NCBI GenBank assembly: GCA_028709305.1
Contig: JAQVXE010000001.1
Span: 7,477-71,476, forward strand
DNA length: 64,000 nucleotides
Direction of reading: 5' to 3'
Source: Bacillota bacterium
GTDB taxonomy: Bacteria; Bacillota; DTU025
This document shows, piece by piece, positions 9,617 to 19,885 of this stretch (the stretch's first letter is position 1; each line of letters starts with the position of its first letter). A program made the position numbers and the translations under genes. The notes below the pieces were generated by a model. It was not told where the DNA came from and searched no databases. It was given only the letters and a program-made list of their open reading frames with translations.

Positions 9617-10989
9617 CCGCCACGAGATGGACCTCCCTGGCTGGACCTCTCCGGGATATGCTTGATGAGACGACAAACCGGGGAGGGGCGAGGATGAAAA
9701 AGGAAGATGATCGAACAGAACAGGCTCTGGAGAGGTACACGGCTGTTGCCCCGGCTGCGAAGTCGGGCATGAGCCGGGAAGAAGCATCGGAAGCATGGGC
9801 CGAGATCCGCGAGATGAGGGCCAGAAACGTGTCGTCCGGCGCGCCGGACGTGTCGATGCGCACCCTGAGGCGGTGGGCGGCGGCCTACCGGGATGAGGGG
9901 CTTGAAGGGCTGTACAGGAAAGAGAGGTCCGATACCGGATCCGCAAGGGCCCTAAGGTCCAATGTGTTTCAGCGTGCCATAGAGCTCAAGGAGGAGTTGC
10001 CTGGGCGCAGCGTCAGGCAGATCATCGACATCATGACGGCCGAAGGAACCATAGAGCCGGGTGAAGTTGCCAGATCCACGCTCGGCCGCCATCTGAAAGA
10101 AGCCGGGATGATGGATATCCCCAAGCGGACGCCGAAGGGAACCAGCAGGTTCGTCAAGGCACGGCCTAACCAGCTATGGCAGGGCGACATCAAGTACGGG
10201 CCGTACGTGCCGGACGCGTCGGGCAAGCCCAGGCGCACCTATCTCTTCGCCTTTATCGACGACTGTTCGAGGCTGATCCCCCATGCAGAGTTCTACTTCG
10301 ACCAAAAGGGCCACAGCCTGGAAAGCTGCGTGAGACAGGGGATTGTGAAACGCGGCGTACCCGAGGCGGTCTTCGTAGATAACGGGAAGGTGTTCGTGTC
10401 GCACGTATTCCGCGTAGCATGCGCCACGCTGGGCGTTCGGCACCTAACGGCTGCACCCTACAGCCCCCAAAGTAAGTACGCGGGTCTACTGGAGGCCGCA
10501 CACAGATCTGGGCTCAAAGACCTGCAGGTCAAGTTGATTCAGTCACCCAACAGGGACAACGGGTACACCGCTGTGTGCGAGGCCACCGCAGGGATCAAGA
10601 CCAGATCGCGGGAGAAGGTCTATGTCGAGATCGGGGATGCGGACCCAGCATCGATAGGCGACTCCAGGCTCAGCGTGCATGCCATAGGGATAGCGGCCAC
10701 TAGGGCCAAAGCGCGGGCGCTACGGGATGCGTTGCGCATGTCTATCTGCTCGGTGGAGGAACTGGCGCTTGGAGGGCCCCAGCGGGAGGTGTCGGATGCG
10801 CCTGCTCCATCCCAGGCTCCGTCTCAGGATAAGGCAACAGAGGCGCAGCTGCGAGTGCTCAGGATCCAGGCCGATAAGCTTCGACTGCCCGAGGAGGACT
10901 ATGCAAGGTTCGAGTGTATGACCAAGCGTGAGGCCTCGGACGCCATCAGCGACTTCAACCGGCGGCTGAGCAGGTCTCAGGCTGGCTAG
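9529..10989 (+). pseudogene. IS481-family (rve/DDE integrase core) transposase, likely degenerate at 3' end
   Basis: LWQGDIKYGPYV...YLFAFIDDCSRLI and ...FVDNGKVF DDE core; expected PYSPQTNGKVER motif degraded to PYSPQSKYAG. Confidence 0.55.
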
Positions 10990-11254
10990 CGGCAGGCAGC
11001 ATCCTATCCATGACTGGGGGAGGCCATGGCGACCTCCCCCCTTCGCGTATTCGATAGAGGATCGCGAAAGACGTGAAGTCTAGATTAAGCCCATTGATGG
11101 AAGGGTATTGGCAGGCGTGGGCGAACTATCCTATGGAGTTGGAGATACAAGTCTGTATTGTATGCGGTTTTCCAGATAGGCGGTGATCCAAGCCAACACG
11201 GCGTTAGCGGAATCCCAGCGTTCGTGTCTTGACAGAAGATCGGAGGTATGAGTA

Positions 11255-13012
11255 GTGAGAAGAGTACCGGTTCTACTCATGATCATGCTTTGCGTGTTCA
11301 TGGCAGGATGCGCCGGAGGGGGGTGCGATAAATACACTGCCTCAGGGCGAATAACCAGGGCCGACAACCCGCAGCAGGGCGTCGACGGGGTAACCATTGC
11401 TTTCAGTGGAGGTCATGGCACAGCAGGTACTGACGCCAGCGGCAACTTCAGTAAGGGTGGACTAAAGGGCCTCGTGAGCGTGACCCCGGCGAAAGAACAC
11501 TGGGTCTTCGAGCCCGTCTCGAGGCAGGTCAGCGGCGAATCGAGCAATGTGAACTTTGCCGGGCGCAGGTTGCTGACCGATGATGAACTGGAGGCAATCG
11601 AGACGACGAGCGAGCAAGCTACTCAGATGCTCGAATCAGGCAGCACGTACCAGCAGGTCGCCGACTGGCTCAGAGAGCAGAATTGCGTGGAGGAAGTATG
11701 TTACGAATCGGAGATATCGGAGATCCACGTAAAGTACCTAAGCGGAGGCTGGGAATTCTGGATGCCTGCTTCTCCCATGCCCGAAGATGCTGTGGAGTCA
11801 CAATCATTTGCGGAGTTCCCAGGCGTGAACCTTCCAAGGGGGCTTGTTAACCGAAGGGCTGCGGTCATTAACTGCTGGAGCAGTGAACCAAAGATGAGCT
11901 ACGCAAAGGAAGACTTGCTGGGTGCAGTGACTGTCCTGAAGCTGATGGGCTACAGGCCTGAGTACATAGAATCTGGGGGGGACATACTGGAATGCCTGAA
12001 GTCATTGAACGACTGCGCAGTGGTAGTCATGGTTGGTCACGGGAGTGGATCCGCGGATAGACCTCACTCTATCACCACTGGCCTTCCCTGGCAGGATTAC
12101 TATGGGGAGGAATGGTGCCAGGATCTATGGCGTAAGGGGAATGTCCAATACAGCGACAATGAAATCAGATCGTATGTATCAATACTACCGAAATTCTGGA
12201 CAACATACTACTCCAGTAAGCCTTTTGAAAGAACATTGTTTATTAACGGATCCTGTTCGCCATCGAAACCGCGCCCGGAAGGCCTGAACCATTGGGATGC
12301 GCTTTCACAGGTGGGCGTGGAATGTCACATTGGATACGATAGGCTCTGTCACACGGGCCCACTCATGGCCAAAGCCATGCTCAGCAAGCTGCAACTTGGA
12401 CAGAGTACGGGATTCGCCTTTGGTGCATTGCCATGGAACCTGAGGTATCTCTTGCTGCACAACTCTCATCTGAAGCTGGATGGGAATCCCAACCTCTGTA
12501 TAACGGGTCCCCTGCTGTCTACCATCAATATCAACCCAGCGGCTTATCTACTTCCTCAGAGTCAGTGGTCCGGATGGGGGCCGAGCCATCGGTGGTTTTG
12601 GGGACTCTACAGCCAAGCCTGGGGTGGCGGCGTAGGGAATCTCACCTATCATTTTTCTCTGGAAAATGCCATTCATGTAGCGGGAGCCACCATCATGGCA
12701 CGACTATCGGCCGAAACTCTTGGTTTTGGTGGAGGGCCCCCGGATGGGTATTCCGATGTGACCCTCTACCTCAATGGTACGCGTTACGATACGCAGAGAG
12801 TGATTCCAGACGATGGCAAGGGGCAGCGTTACGTATGGGTAGTAGACGGTACGGATATACGCGAAGACAATACATTCAGCTTCGCTGTCGAAGCAACTGC
12901 TGATTATAAGAATGGGCTGGTCATCTATCCAACTGACGACTTTCCCCGGGGTAATGATGACCCTATCACTATCCATGTGTACGGTTCGTTTGGCGGCGGC
13001 GGTGGATGGTGA
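11255..13012 (+). CDS. Large secreted lipoprotein; N-terminal carboxypeptidase-regulatory-like domain; central region with candidate caspase-fold (clan CD) His/Cys dyad (VVMVGHGSG ... FINGSCS)
   Basis: Lipobox FMAGC; H...C spacing ~75 aa as in gingipain/caspase-like peptidases; Gly-rich C-terminus. Confidence 0.45.
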   Translation: MRRVPVLLMIMLCVFMAGCAGGGCDKYTASGRITRADNPQQGVDGVTIAFSGGHGTAGTDASGNFSKGGLKGLVSVTPAKEHWVFEPVSRQVSGESSNVNFAGRRLLTDDELEAIETTSEQATQMLESGSTYQQVADWLREQNCVEEVCYESEISEIHVKYLSGGWEFWMPASPMPEDAVESQSFAEFPGVNLPRGLVNRRAAVINCWSSEPKMSYAKEDLLGAVTVLKLMGYRPEYIESGGDILECLKSLNDCAVVVMVGHGSGSADRPHSITTGLPWQDYYGEEWCQDLWRKGNVQYSDNEIRSYVSILPKFWTTYYSSKPFERTLFINGSCSPSKPRPEGLNHWDALSQVGVECHIGYDRLCHTGPLMAKAMLSKLQLGQSTGFAFGALPWNLRYLLLHNSHLKLDGNPNLCITGPLLSTININPAAYLLPQSQWSGWGPSHRWFWGLYSQAWGGGVGNLTYHFSLENAIHVAGATIMARLSAETLGFGGGPPDGYSDVTLYLNGTRYDTQRVIPDDGKGQRYVWVVDGTDIREDNTFSFAVEATADYKNGLVIYPTDDFPRGNDDPITIHVYGSFGGGGGW

Positions 13013-13508
13013 GGACTCATGGTCATCCAATGCCAGAAACAGCAGAAATCGAGTTGTGTATACGCCACATTGGAGTGAGCCTGGCCCCATTCCTCCGGCA
13101 GATGACCTACATCAGGGTTGATGATAAGCTTCTTCGTTTTCATTGCGCACCTAGAATAGCCTGAAATGAACAGGCCATTTCAGTAACTTTCAGCTGATGC
13201 CAAGACTTCTGCAGTTCATATGGTAATGGAGGAGTACAACAACAAATGCCACGAGGCTCCCTTCTCTAGTATGCTTGGGTTGAACAAAACCGCAGCTAGA
13301 GGAGTGATCTCGTGGCTAGACCAAGTATACCACGCGGGCGAGTTTCTGGAAACGTGTCTATGCGGCTGACGGGCATGAAACGTCAGGTTACCTCATTGGG
13401 AGGCCTTCCGGCGGTTAGGATGGCTTGGGACACGCTTGGCATGAACTGCATCCTCCTGGAGCACGGTTTTGAGAAGCGGAGCGGAGTGCCGGCTACGGAG
13501 CTTTTGCC

Positions 13509-14645
13509 GTGACGGTTGAGCATCTCGCTCAAGCCCGATCCAATGTCGAATTGGAGAAGGCACTACAGGATCCGGTTTTGGCCGCGTGCATCGGCGGTCG
13601 GCAGGTAGACGAGACAACGCTCTCAAGGTTTCGCAACGACAACCGTTTCGACTGGGGCGGAGTCTTGGAGGGTGTAGGTGAGCGCCTTCAGGCCTTTGAC
13701 TTGACCCGAGCAGATGAAGAAGGAATTCTGATTGTCGACGATACGATCGCCGAGAAGGCGGGAGAGAAGATTGAGGGCGTTCGGAGGCTGTATGATTCTT
13801 CAGCCGAAAGGTACGTGACCGGGCATTCGATAGTGAACCTTGTGTATTCGGGCAGACGCGTGTTCTACCCGTTGGCGTGTGAAATCGTGCTCCCCAGCAG
13901 CGACGGTATGGAGTACCTCACCAAGAATGATCTTGCGCTGTGCATGCTTAAGGGCGCTGTGCGGAGAGGCTTCAGGCAGACGGTGGTGCACGACTCGGCG
14001 TACCTATGCGATGACCTCATGCAGTTCCTAGATTCCGCAAACGTGCCCTGGGTCTCCAAGTGCAAGAGCAACCGGATCCTGGTCTACCGCGGGCAAAGGC
14101 TTCACGCCCATGAGCTCGGCTCTATACTTGCCAGGAGCAGGTTCCGGAGACACAAGCGCTACCGCGACATCGAATACGCGTCGGCCATTGCTGAACTGCC
14201 TGGTCACGGTCTGTGCCGGTTCGTCGTTGTGAGAAACTTCAGGGAAGATGAGCCGGAAGGAGCTGACGTGGGAGTCAAATACCTGCTCGCAAGCGATGAA
14301 AGCGTACACGGATCAACGGTGGTGCGGCTGTACAAGATGCGCTGGAAGGTGGAAGAGCATCACCGTTCGGCCAAGCAGGATCTGGGGCTAAAGGATTACC
14401 AGGGGCGGAAGCTCCGGGGCGTCATAGCCCATCTGATGTCGGTTGCCCTCGCGCACATACTCGTCGTGTTCATGAAAGCATGCCTGCCGAGGTTGAAAGG
14501 CGCCAGCACGGGACAGCTTGTCCGCGACTTCATATGCACATCGTGCCGCGTGAACAGCCACGGGGCGAGGCTAACCGTTCTGTATGATAGGATCCTGCCA
14601 TACTCAGAAGCCATACGGCATTACCAAATGGCTCGTGCTGGTTAG
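13509..14645 (+). CDS. IS4/IS701-family DDE transposase
   Basis: ILIVDDTIAEK..., YKMRWKVEEHHRSAKQDLGL (Y-x2-R-x3-E-x6-K signature). Confidence 0.8.
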   Translation: MTVEHLAQARSNVELEKALQDPVLAACIGGRQVDETTLSRFRNDNRFDWGGVLEGVGERLQAFDLTRADEEGILIVDDTIAEKAGEKIEGVRRLYDSSAERYVTGHSIVNLVYSGRRVFYPLACEIVLPSSDGMEYLTKNDLALCMLKGAVRRGFRQTVVHDSAYLCDDLMQFLDSANVPWVSKCKSNRILVYRGQRLHAHELGSILARSRFRRHKRYRDIEYASAIAELPGHGLCRFVVVRNFREDEPEGADVGVKYLLASDESVHGSTVVRLYKMRWKVEEHHRSAKQDLGLKDYQGRKLRGVIAHLMSVALAHILVVFMKACLPRLKGASTGQLVRDFICTSCRVNSHGARLTVLYDRILPYSEAIRHYQMARAG

Positions 14646-14932
14646 TCTGGAATCTCAACTGCAGAAGTTTTGTGATGCAATCAGGTCTATTGATGGTACG
14701 CCAGAAGCTGTGATAGCGTAAGGCTCTTGCTACATCAATACCGGCCCAAAGCGCTCAAATACACACAGTAGTGTTGACTACGCCCTACGAAATCTGCCTT
14801 TGCAGGGCCCTACCACGTAACGGAGGCCCTCTGTTGGACTCCTTCAGTGTTGTAGAGTCCGCGGTTCAGCATTTTTTCTGAAAGCAGCCTGAGGAAGCAG
14901 GTACTATGCGACGGATGTCGAATGCATAAAGC

Positions 14933-15646
14933 ATGAACGACACAGTCATTGCCACAACCAATGAAATAGCCGAACTTAGGGGCTTGGCTGAGCAGTATGC
15001 TGAACTCTGTATTCTCGTTGACCAACTGAAGTAAGAAAACGCTGAGCTAGCCGCCAAAGTCAAGTGGTATGGAGAGCAGTTCCGCTTGAGCCAGAAGCGG
15101 CGCTTCGGCGCTTCCAGCGAAAAGACGGATTGCGAGCAATTGCGGCTCTTCAACGAAGTTGAGGCGGAGGCTCAACCGCTTCTGGCTGAACCTACGATCG
15201 AAAAAATCACCTATCAGCGCCACAAACAAAAGGGTCGGCGCGAGGCTATCCTTTCTGACCTGCCCGTGGAGACGGTAGAATACCGCCTTCCAGAAGAGGA
15301 GCAGGTCTGTCCCTCTTGTGGCGGCCCTTTGCATGAGATGAGCACTGAAGTGCGGCGAGAGCTTAAAGTCATTCCCGCTCAGGTTAAGGTCGCAGAGCAT
15401 GTGCGCCTCGTCTATTCTTGCCGCCGGTGTGAGCAAGAAGAGATCAATACGCCTGTAGTAACAGCGCCGATGCCTGCGCCTGTATTGAAAGGGAGCCTGG
15501 CTTCACCTTCAGCCCTGGCCTACATCATGACCCCAAAATACGTTGAAGGCATGCCGCTCTATCGCCAGGAGCAGCAGTTCGCCCGTTTGGGAATAGGCCT
15601 TTCCCGACAGACGCTGGCTAACTGGATGCTCTACGGGGCCAAGAAT
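14933..15646 (+). pseudogene. IS66-family transposase TnpC N-terminal part; in-frame TAA at 15031-15033, then interrupted by IS21 insertion; short continuation at 18433-18503
   Basis: [30 protein letters not shown] leucine-zipper/Zn-finger region, CPSCGG...[29 protein letters not shown]; resumes WLTPLYERMHEHLL after IS21. Confidence 0.7.
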
Positions 15647-15654
15647 TGCATATT

Positions 15655-15835
15655 CCGGCCCAAATCGTCCACCGATTCCGGGACAATTCGTCCACCCATT
15701 CCGATTGAACTCGTCCACTGATTCCGGAGCAAACAATCCACCGTTTCCGGAGCAATTCGTCCACTGATTCCGGCTCAAATCGTCCATCGATTCCGGAGCA
15801 ATTCGTCCGGGGCGGCTGCCTCGGTTCGGAGCTGA
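15655..15835. repeat. Array of ~6 sub-terminal direct repeats (~24 nt, core TCGTCCAC.GATTCCGG) at IS21 left end; mirrored inverted at 18270-18430
   Basis: Visible iterated 'tcgtccac(c/t)gattccgg(a/g)gcaa' units; IS21 family known to carry multiple terminal transposase-binding repeats. Confidence 0.7.
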
Positions 15836-15914
15836 AGCACGCCGGCAACAATGCCACAGGATAGCCGCGTAGAGTCACCGAACTCCCGTAAGCAAGATGC
15901 TTCTAGGAGGGTGA

Positions 15915-17462
15915 TTGAGGGCTGTGGCAAACAGGAGGTTGTCGATGCGCAAGATCAAGGAGATTCTGAGGCTTTATCACGAGGTGGGGTTGAGCCGTCG
16001 CCGGATTGCCGAAAGCCTACAAGCTGCCCATAGCACTGTCGGCGATGTGATCAGGAGAGCCAACGGCGTCGGGCTCGGCTGGCCGATCCCGGACACCATG
16101 ACTTGGGACGATGTGGAGCGTTTGCTTTATCCGGGCAACACGAACAAGCCCAGGACGAGGCCTATGCCGAAGTGGGAACAGATCCACCGCGAGCTTAAGA
16201 GCAAGAAGTCCGTTACCCTGCAGCTTCTATGGTATGAGTACAAGCAGGAAAATCCGGATGGAGTCCAGTACAGCCAGTTCTGCGCCTACTATCGCGAATG
16301 GGTACGCAAGCTTGATGTTGTCATGCGGCAGACGCATCGCGCCGGAGAGAAGATGTTCGTGGACTTCGCCGGACAGACCGTACCGATACGGGATCGGACC
16401 TCGGGCGAAATCAAGGAGGCGTACGTGTACGTTGCGGTATTGGGGGCGAGCAACTATACGTATGCGGAGGCCACGATGACGCAGGATCTGAAATCATGGG
16501 TGAACTTGACCCGGAACGCCCTGGAGTTCTTCAAGGGATCGACGGAGATATGGGTACCCGATAATCTCAAGACCGGAGTGACGAACGCATGCCGCTACGA
16601 GCCGGACATAAACCCTACCTACAGCGAGATGGCCGAGCATTACGGCGCGGTGGTTATCCCGACGCGGCCCCGAAAGCCGAAGGACAAAGCGAAGGTCGAG
16701 AAGGGAGTGCAAGTGGTAGAGCAATGGATACTGGCCGCAATACGCAAGATCACCTTCTTCGACCTGCACCAGCTGAACGGCGTCATCAAGGAGAAGCTGG
16801 ACGTACTGAACAACAAACCGTTTCAGAAGATGGACGGGACGCGCAGGTCCGTGTATGAGCAGATAGATAAGCCGGCGCTCAAGCCCCTTCCGCAGACGCC
16901 CTACGTGTTCGCTAGATGGAAGAAGGCAACCGCTAACATCGACTATCACATTTCGGTGGACCACAACCTATACAGTGTTCCGTACACCCTCGTAGGCCAT
17001 GAGCTCGATGTTCGCCTAACTGGTAGCACCGTGGAGGTATTCAGCCGGGGCCAAAGGGTAGCAATCCATCAGAGGGCCATAGGTCGAGGGCAGGTCGCCA
17101 CGGAACCAAGCCACCGGCCCGTATCGCACCAAAAGCACCTCGAATGGACGCCCGAACGAATGATACGCTGGGCTGAATCGGTGGGGCCCAACACTGGCAA
17201 GCTCGTGAAGATGATACTCGAAAGAAGGCCCCACCCGGAACAGGGATACCGCTCGTGCCTGGGGATCATCAGACTGGCGAAAGCCTATTCAGCGGAGAGA
17301 CTGGAAGCGGCGGCAGCCAGGGCGCTGGCGCTGGGAGGCATCTCATACAAGAGCGTAAAGTCCATTCTCAAGAACGGGCTGGATCAGGTTCCCCTGCCCG
17401 ACCAGACGCCTCAGGCGATGCCCGCCCATACCAATGTCCGCGGACCAGGCTACTTCAACTAG
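15915..17462 (+). CDS. istA: IS21-family transposase IstA
   Basis: N-terminal HTH, rve DDE core (FVDFAGQT..., YVAVLGASNYTYAEA), length 515 aa. Confidence 0.9.
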   Translation: MRAVANRRLSMRKIKEILRLYHEVGLSRRRIAESLQAAHSTVGDVIRRANGVGLGWPIPDTMTWDDVERLLYPGNTNKPRTRPMPKWEQIHRELKSKKSVTLQLLWYEYKQENPDGVQYSQFCAYYREWVRKLDVVMRQTHRAGEKMFVDFAGQTVPIRDRTSGEIKEAYVYVAVLGASNYTYAEATMTQDLKSWVNLTRNALEFFKGSTEIWVPDNLKTGVTNACRYEPDINPTYSEMAEHYGAVVIPTRPRKPKDKAKVEKGVQVVEQWILAAIRKITFFDLHQLNGVIKEKLDVLNNKPFQKMDGTRRSVYEQIDKPALKPLPQTPYVFARWKKATANIDYHISVDHNLYSVPYTLVGHELDVRLTGSTVEVFSRGQRVAIHQRAIGRGQVATEPSHRPVSHQKHLEWTPERMIRWAESVGPNTGKLVKMILERRPHPEQGYRSCLGIIRLAKAYSAERLEAAAARALALGGISYKSVKSILKNGLDQVPLPDQTPQAMPAHTNVRGPGYFN

Positions 17463-18234
17463 GAGGCCCGATGAAATGTTGGTTGAACACACCATAACAC
17501 GGCTGAACGACATGCGCCTGGCCGGAATGAGCGAAGCCTATTCGTGGCAAAGGGAAAAGCCCAACATACATGAGTTGTCTTTCGACGAACGCTTCGGCAT
17601 GCTGGTTGACCGGGAATGGGCTTGTCGGCAGGACAGACGGCTGTCTCGCCTGCTCAAGGCGGCCAAGTTGCGTCTCCCGGCATGCGTTGAGGACATCAAC
17701 TACCGGCAACCCCGCGACCTCGACCGGAACACTATCGTTCACCTGGCTGCATGCGATTGGATCAGGAACGCTCAGAACGTCCTGATCACCGGGCCGACGG
17801 GCGTGGGCAAGACGTTCATAGCCTGTGCCCTGGCTCACTCCGCTTGCCGCCACGGATTCAGCGCGCGGTACTACAGAGTGCCGCGCCTGCTATCCGAACT
17901 AACTGTCGCCCATGGCGACGGATCGTATCCCCAGTTGCTAAGCAGACTGTCGAGGACACGCCTACTGATATTGGACGACTGGGGAACGGCGCCGCTGGGG
18001 CCCTCGGAAAGCCACGACATCCTGGAGATCGTCGACGATCGCAGCCAGCTGTCCTCCACGATCATTGCCGGCCAACTCCCGGTTGAAGACTGGCATGCAT
18101 CTATCATCGACCCGTCCGTGGCAGATGCAGTCCTTGACCGCCTTGTTCACAATTCACACAGAATACGCCTGAAAGGGGAGTCGATGAGGAAGGTAGAGCA
18201 GCGACCGCAGCGAACCATTGACCAAGGGACATGA
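17434..18234 (+). CDS. istB: IS21-family helper ATPase IstB (true start likely ~17473)
   Basis: Walker A GPTGVGKT, Walker B LLILDDWG, IstB-like length. Confidence 0.9.
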   Translation: MSADQATSTRRPDEMLVEHTITRLNDMRLAGMSEAYSWQREKPNIHELSFDERFGMLVDREWACRQDRRLSRLLKAAKLRLPACVEDINYRQPRDLDRNTIVHLAACDWIRNAQNVLITGPTGVGKTFIACALAHSACRHGFSARYYRVPRLLSELTVAHGDGSYPQLLSRLSRTRLLILDDWGTAPLGPSESHDILEIVDDRSQLSSTIIAGQLPVEDWHASIIDPSVADAVLDRLVHNSHRIRLKGESMRKVEQRPQRTIDQGT

Positions 18235-18547
18235 TCCCATACCGTGCGTCGCTTCGCTCCGACCTGGCCAGCCGGGGCCTTTCAGAACCACCGGATTCTT
18301 TGCCCCGCGGAACAGGTGGACGAATTGCCCCGGACCAGCTGGACGATTTGGATCGGAACAGGTGGACGAATTGGGCCGGAACGAGTGGACGCTTTCCTCC
18401 GGACCAGGTGGACGATTTCATCGGAATACGCAAGAACTGGCTCACACCCCTTTATGAAAGAATGCATGAGCATCTTCTAGGAGCCTGTGCGAGTAATATC
18501 TGAATCGGAGTACAGGAAAACGCAGCTACATAGCGAATTAACATAGT

Positions 18548-19036
18548 ATGAGTAAGACATACAGGCCTTACAACCCAGATCAAATGTATCTGTTGCCGCC
18601 ATCCCTCAAGGACTGGCTTCCGGAGGGACATCTGGCGTACTTCGTAAGCGATCTCGTCGATCAGCTGGACCTCTCGGCCATCGAGCAAGTCTATGAGCGA
18701 GAGGAGAGAGGCTATCCGCCTTGCCACCCGAGGATGATGGTAAAGGTCCTGCTATACGCCGAATGCGTTGGAGTTCGTTCCTCCAGGAAGATCGAAAAGC
18801 GCCTTGTAGAGGATGTAGCGTTTCGAGTTCTCGGGGCGGGCAACACGCCAGCGTTCAGAACTGTAGCCGAGTTTCGCAGCCGGCACTTGAAGGAGCTTGC
18901 AGCGCTGTTTGCACAGGTTCTGACGGTCTGTTGGAAGTCGGGACTTGTATCGCTCAAGCACGTCGCGCTTGACGGCACAAAGATCAGGGCGAACGCTTCC
19001 AAACACACCTCTGTTTGGCAAGTAGAAAGTGCATAG
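18548..19036 (+). pseudogene. IS1182-family transposase, N-terminal fragment (interrupted by second IS21)
   Basis: YNPDQMYLLPPSLKDWLPEGHLAYFV...GYPPCHPRMMVKVLLYAECVGVRSSRKIE...DGTKIRANASKH. Confidence 0.7.
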
Positions 19037-19102
19037 TTCGGCGGCCGAAATGTGCATAGGCTAACCGCCGCGCCTGGGGTTGGGTCTTCGTACCCTTCGG
19101 GG

Positions 19103-19885
19103 CTAGGCCGTCGGGTTGAGGGTCTCCCGCCCGGAGCCCATCCCGTCAGATTCTCTCGGTGCGTTTAGTTGTGAGAGAGCATTCCGTAGTCGATAACTCT
19201 CGCCGGTGAACGCCAGCACGTGTCCGTGGTGGACGAGCCTGTCGATGAGCGCGGCGGTCAACCGGTTGTCGTTGATCAACGTGTTCCACTGTCCGAATTC
19301 GAGGTTCGTGGTGATGGCCACGCTTCGACGCTCGTAACAGTTGGCTATCACCTGGAACAGAAGCTCGGCCGCGTGGCGATGCAGGGGCAAGAAGCCCAGC
19401 TCGTCCACGATGAGCAGATCGCATGACTCGAGGTCACGCGTGAAGCTTCCCAGCGTCCCCTTTGCGTTTTTCTCCAGCAGGCGATTGGCCAGATCAACCG
19501 TTTGGAAGAAGCGCACCTCCTTTCCGCTTAGGGCTGCCTTCAGTCCCAGCGCTATCACAAGATGCGTCTTGCCCGTTCCCACGCCGCCCATGCAGATCAA
19601 GGACTCCTTGGCATCAATGAAGTCCAGCTCTGTTAGGTGCTCTCTAGTGGTCTGCGGGGGCAGTACGATGTTCTCCCAGGAGAACTCCTCTAGCGTTTTC
19701 GTCTGGGGGAAGCCTGCGCGTTTCAGTCTGCGCCGGTTTCGGTTGTCTTCACGTATCTTCAGTTCCTCTGCAAAGAGGTCCGTCAGGAACTGCTCGCTGC
19801 TCTCGAGGGCAATCTGCGTGTAGATCCGGCTCACCGATCCAAGCTTAAGCGCTTTGCACTGCTCTTGGAGAAGAGCGGACTTCAT
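19103..19885 (-). CDS. istB: IS21-family IstB ATPase
   Basis: GGVGTGKTHL Walker A, LLIVDELG Walker B. Confidence 0.9.
   Translation of the reverse strand: MKSALLQEQCKALKLGSVSRIYTQIALESSEQFLTDLFAEELKIREDNRNRRRLKRAGFPQTKTLEEFSWENIVLPPQTTREHLTELDFIDAKESLICMGGVGTGKTHLVIALGLKAALSGKEVRFFQTVDLANRLLEKNAKGTLGSFTRDLESCDLLIVDELGFLPLHRHAAELLFQVIANCYERRSVAITTNLEFGQWNTLINDNRLTAALIDRLVHHGHVLAFTGESYRLRNALSQLNAPRESDGMGSGRETLNPTA

Larger units (their letters stand above)
15647..18432 (+). mobile_element. Complete IS21-family insertion sequence (istA-istB) with imperfect terminal IRs TGCATATTCCG.../...CGGAATACGCA and flanking AGAA-like target duplication
   Basis: IR alignment TGCATATTCCGGCCCAAATCGTCCACC vs TGCGTATTCCGATGAAATCGTCCACC; internal istA/istB. 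Confidence 0.85.

Noticed and set aside
15655-15835. Possible CRISPR array (regular short direct repeats)
   Set aside because: Units are contiguous/overlapping without unique spacers, occur as inverted arrays at both IS21 termini, and no cas genes are nearby. They are interpreted as IS21 terminal transposase-binding repeats.
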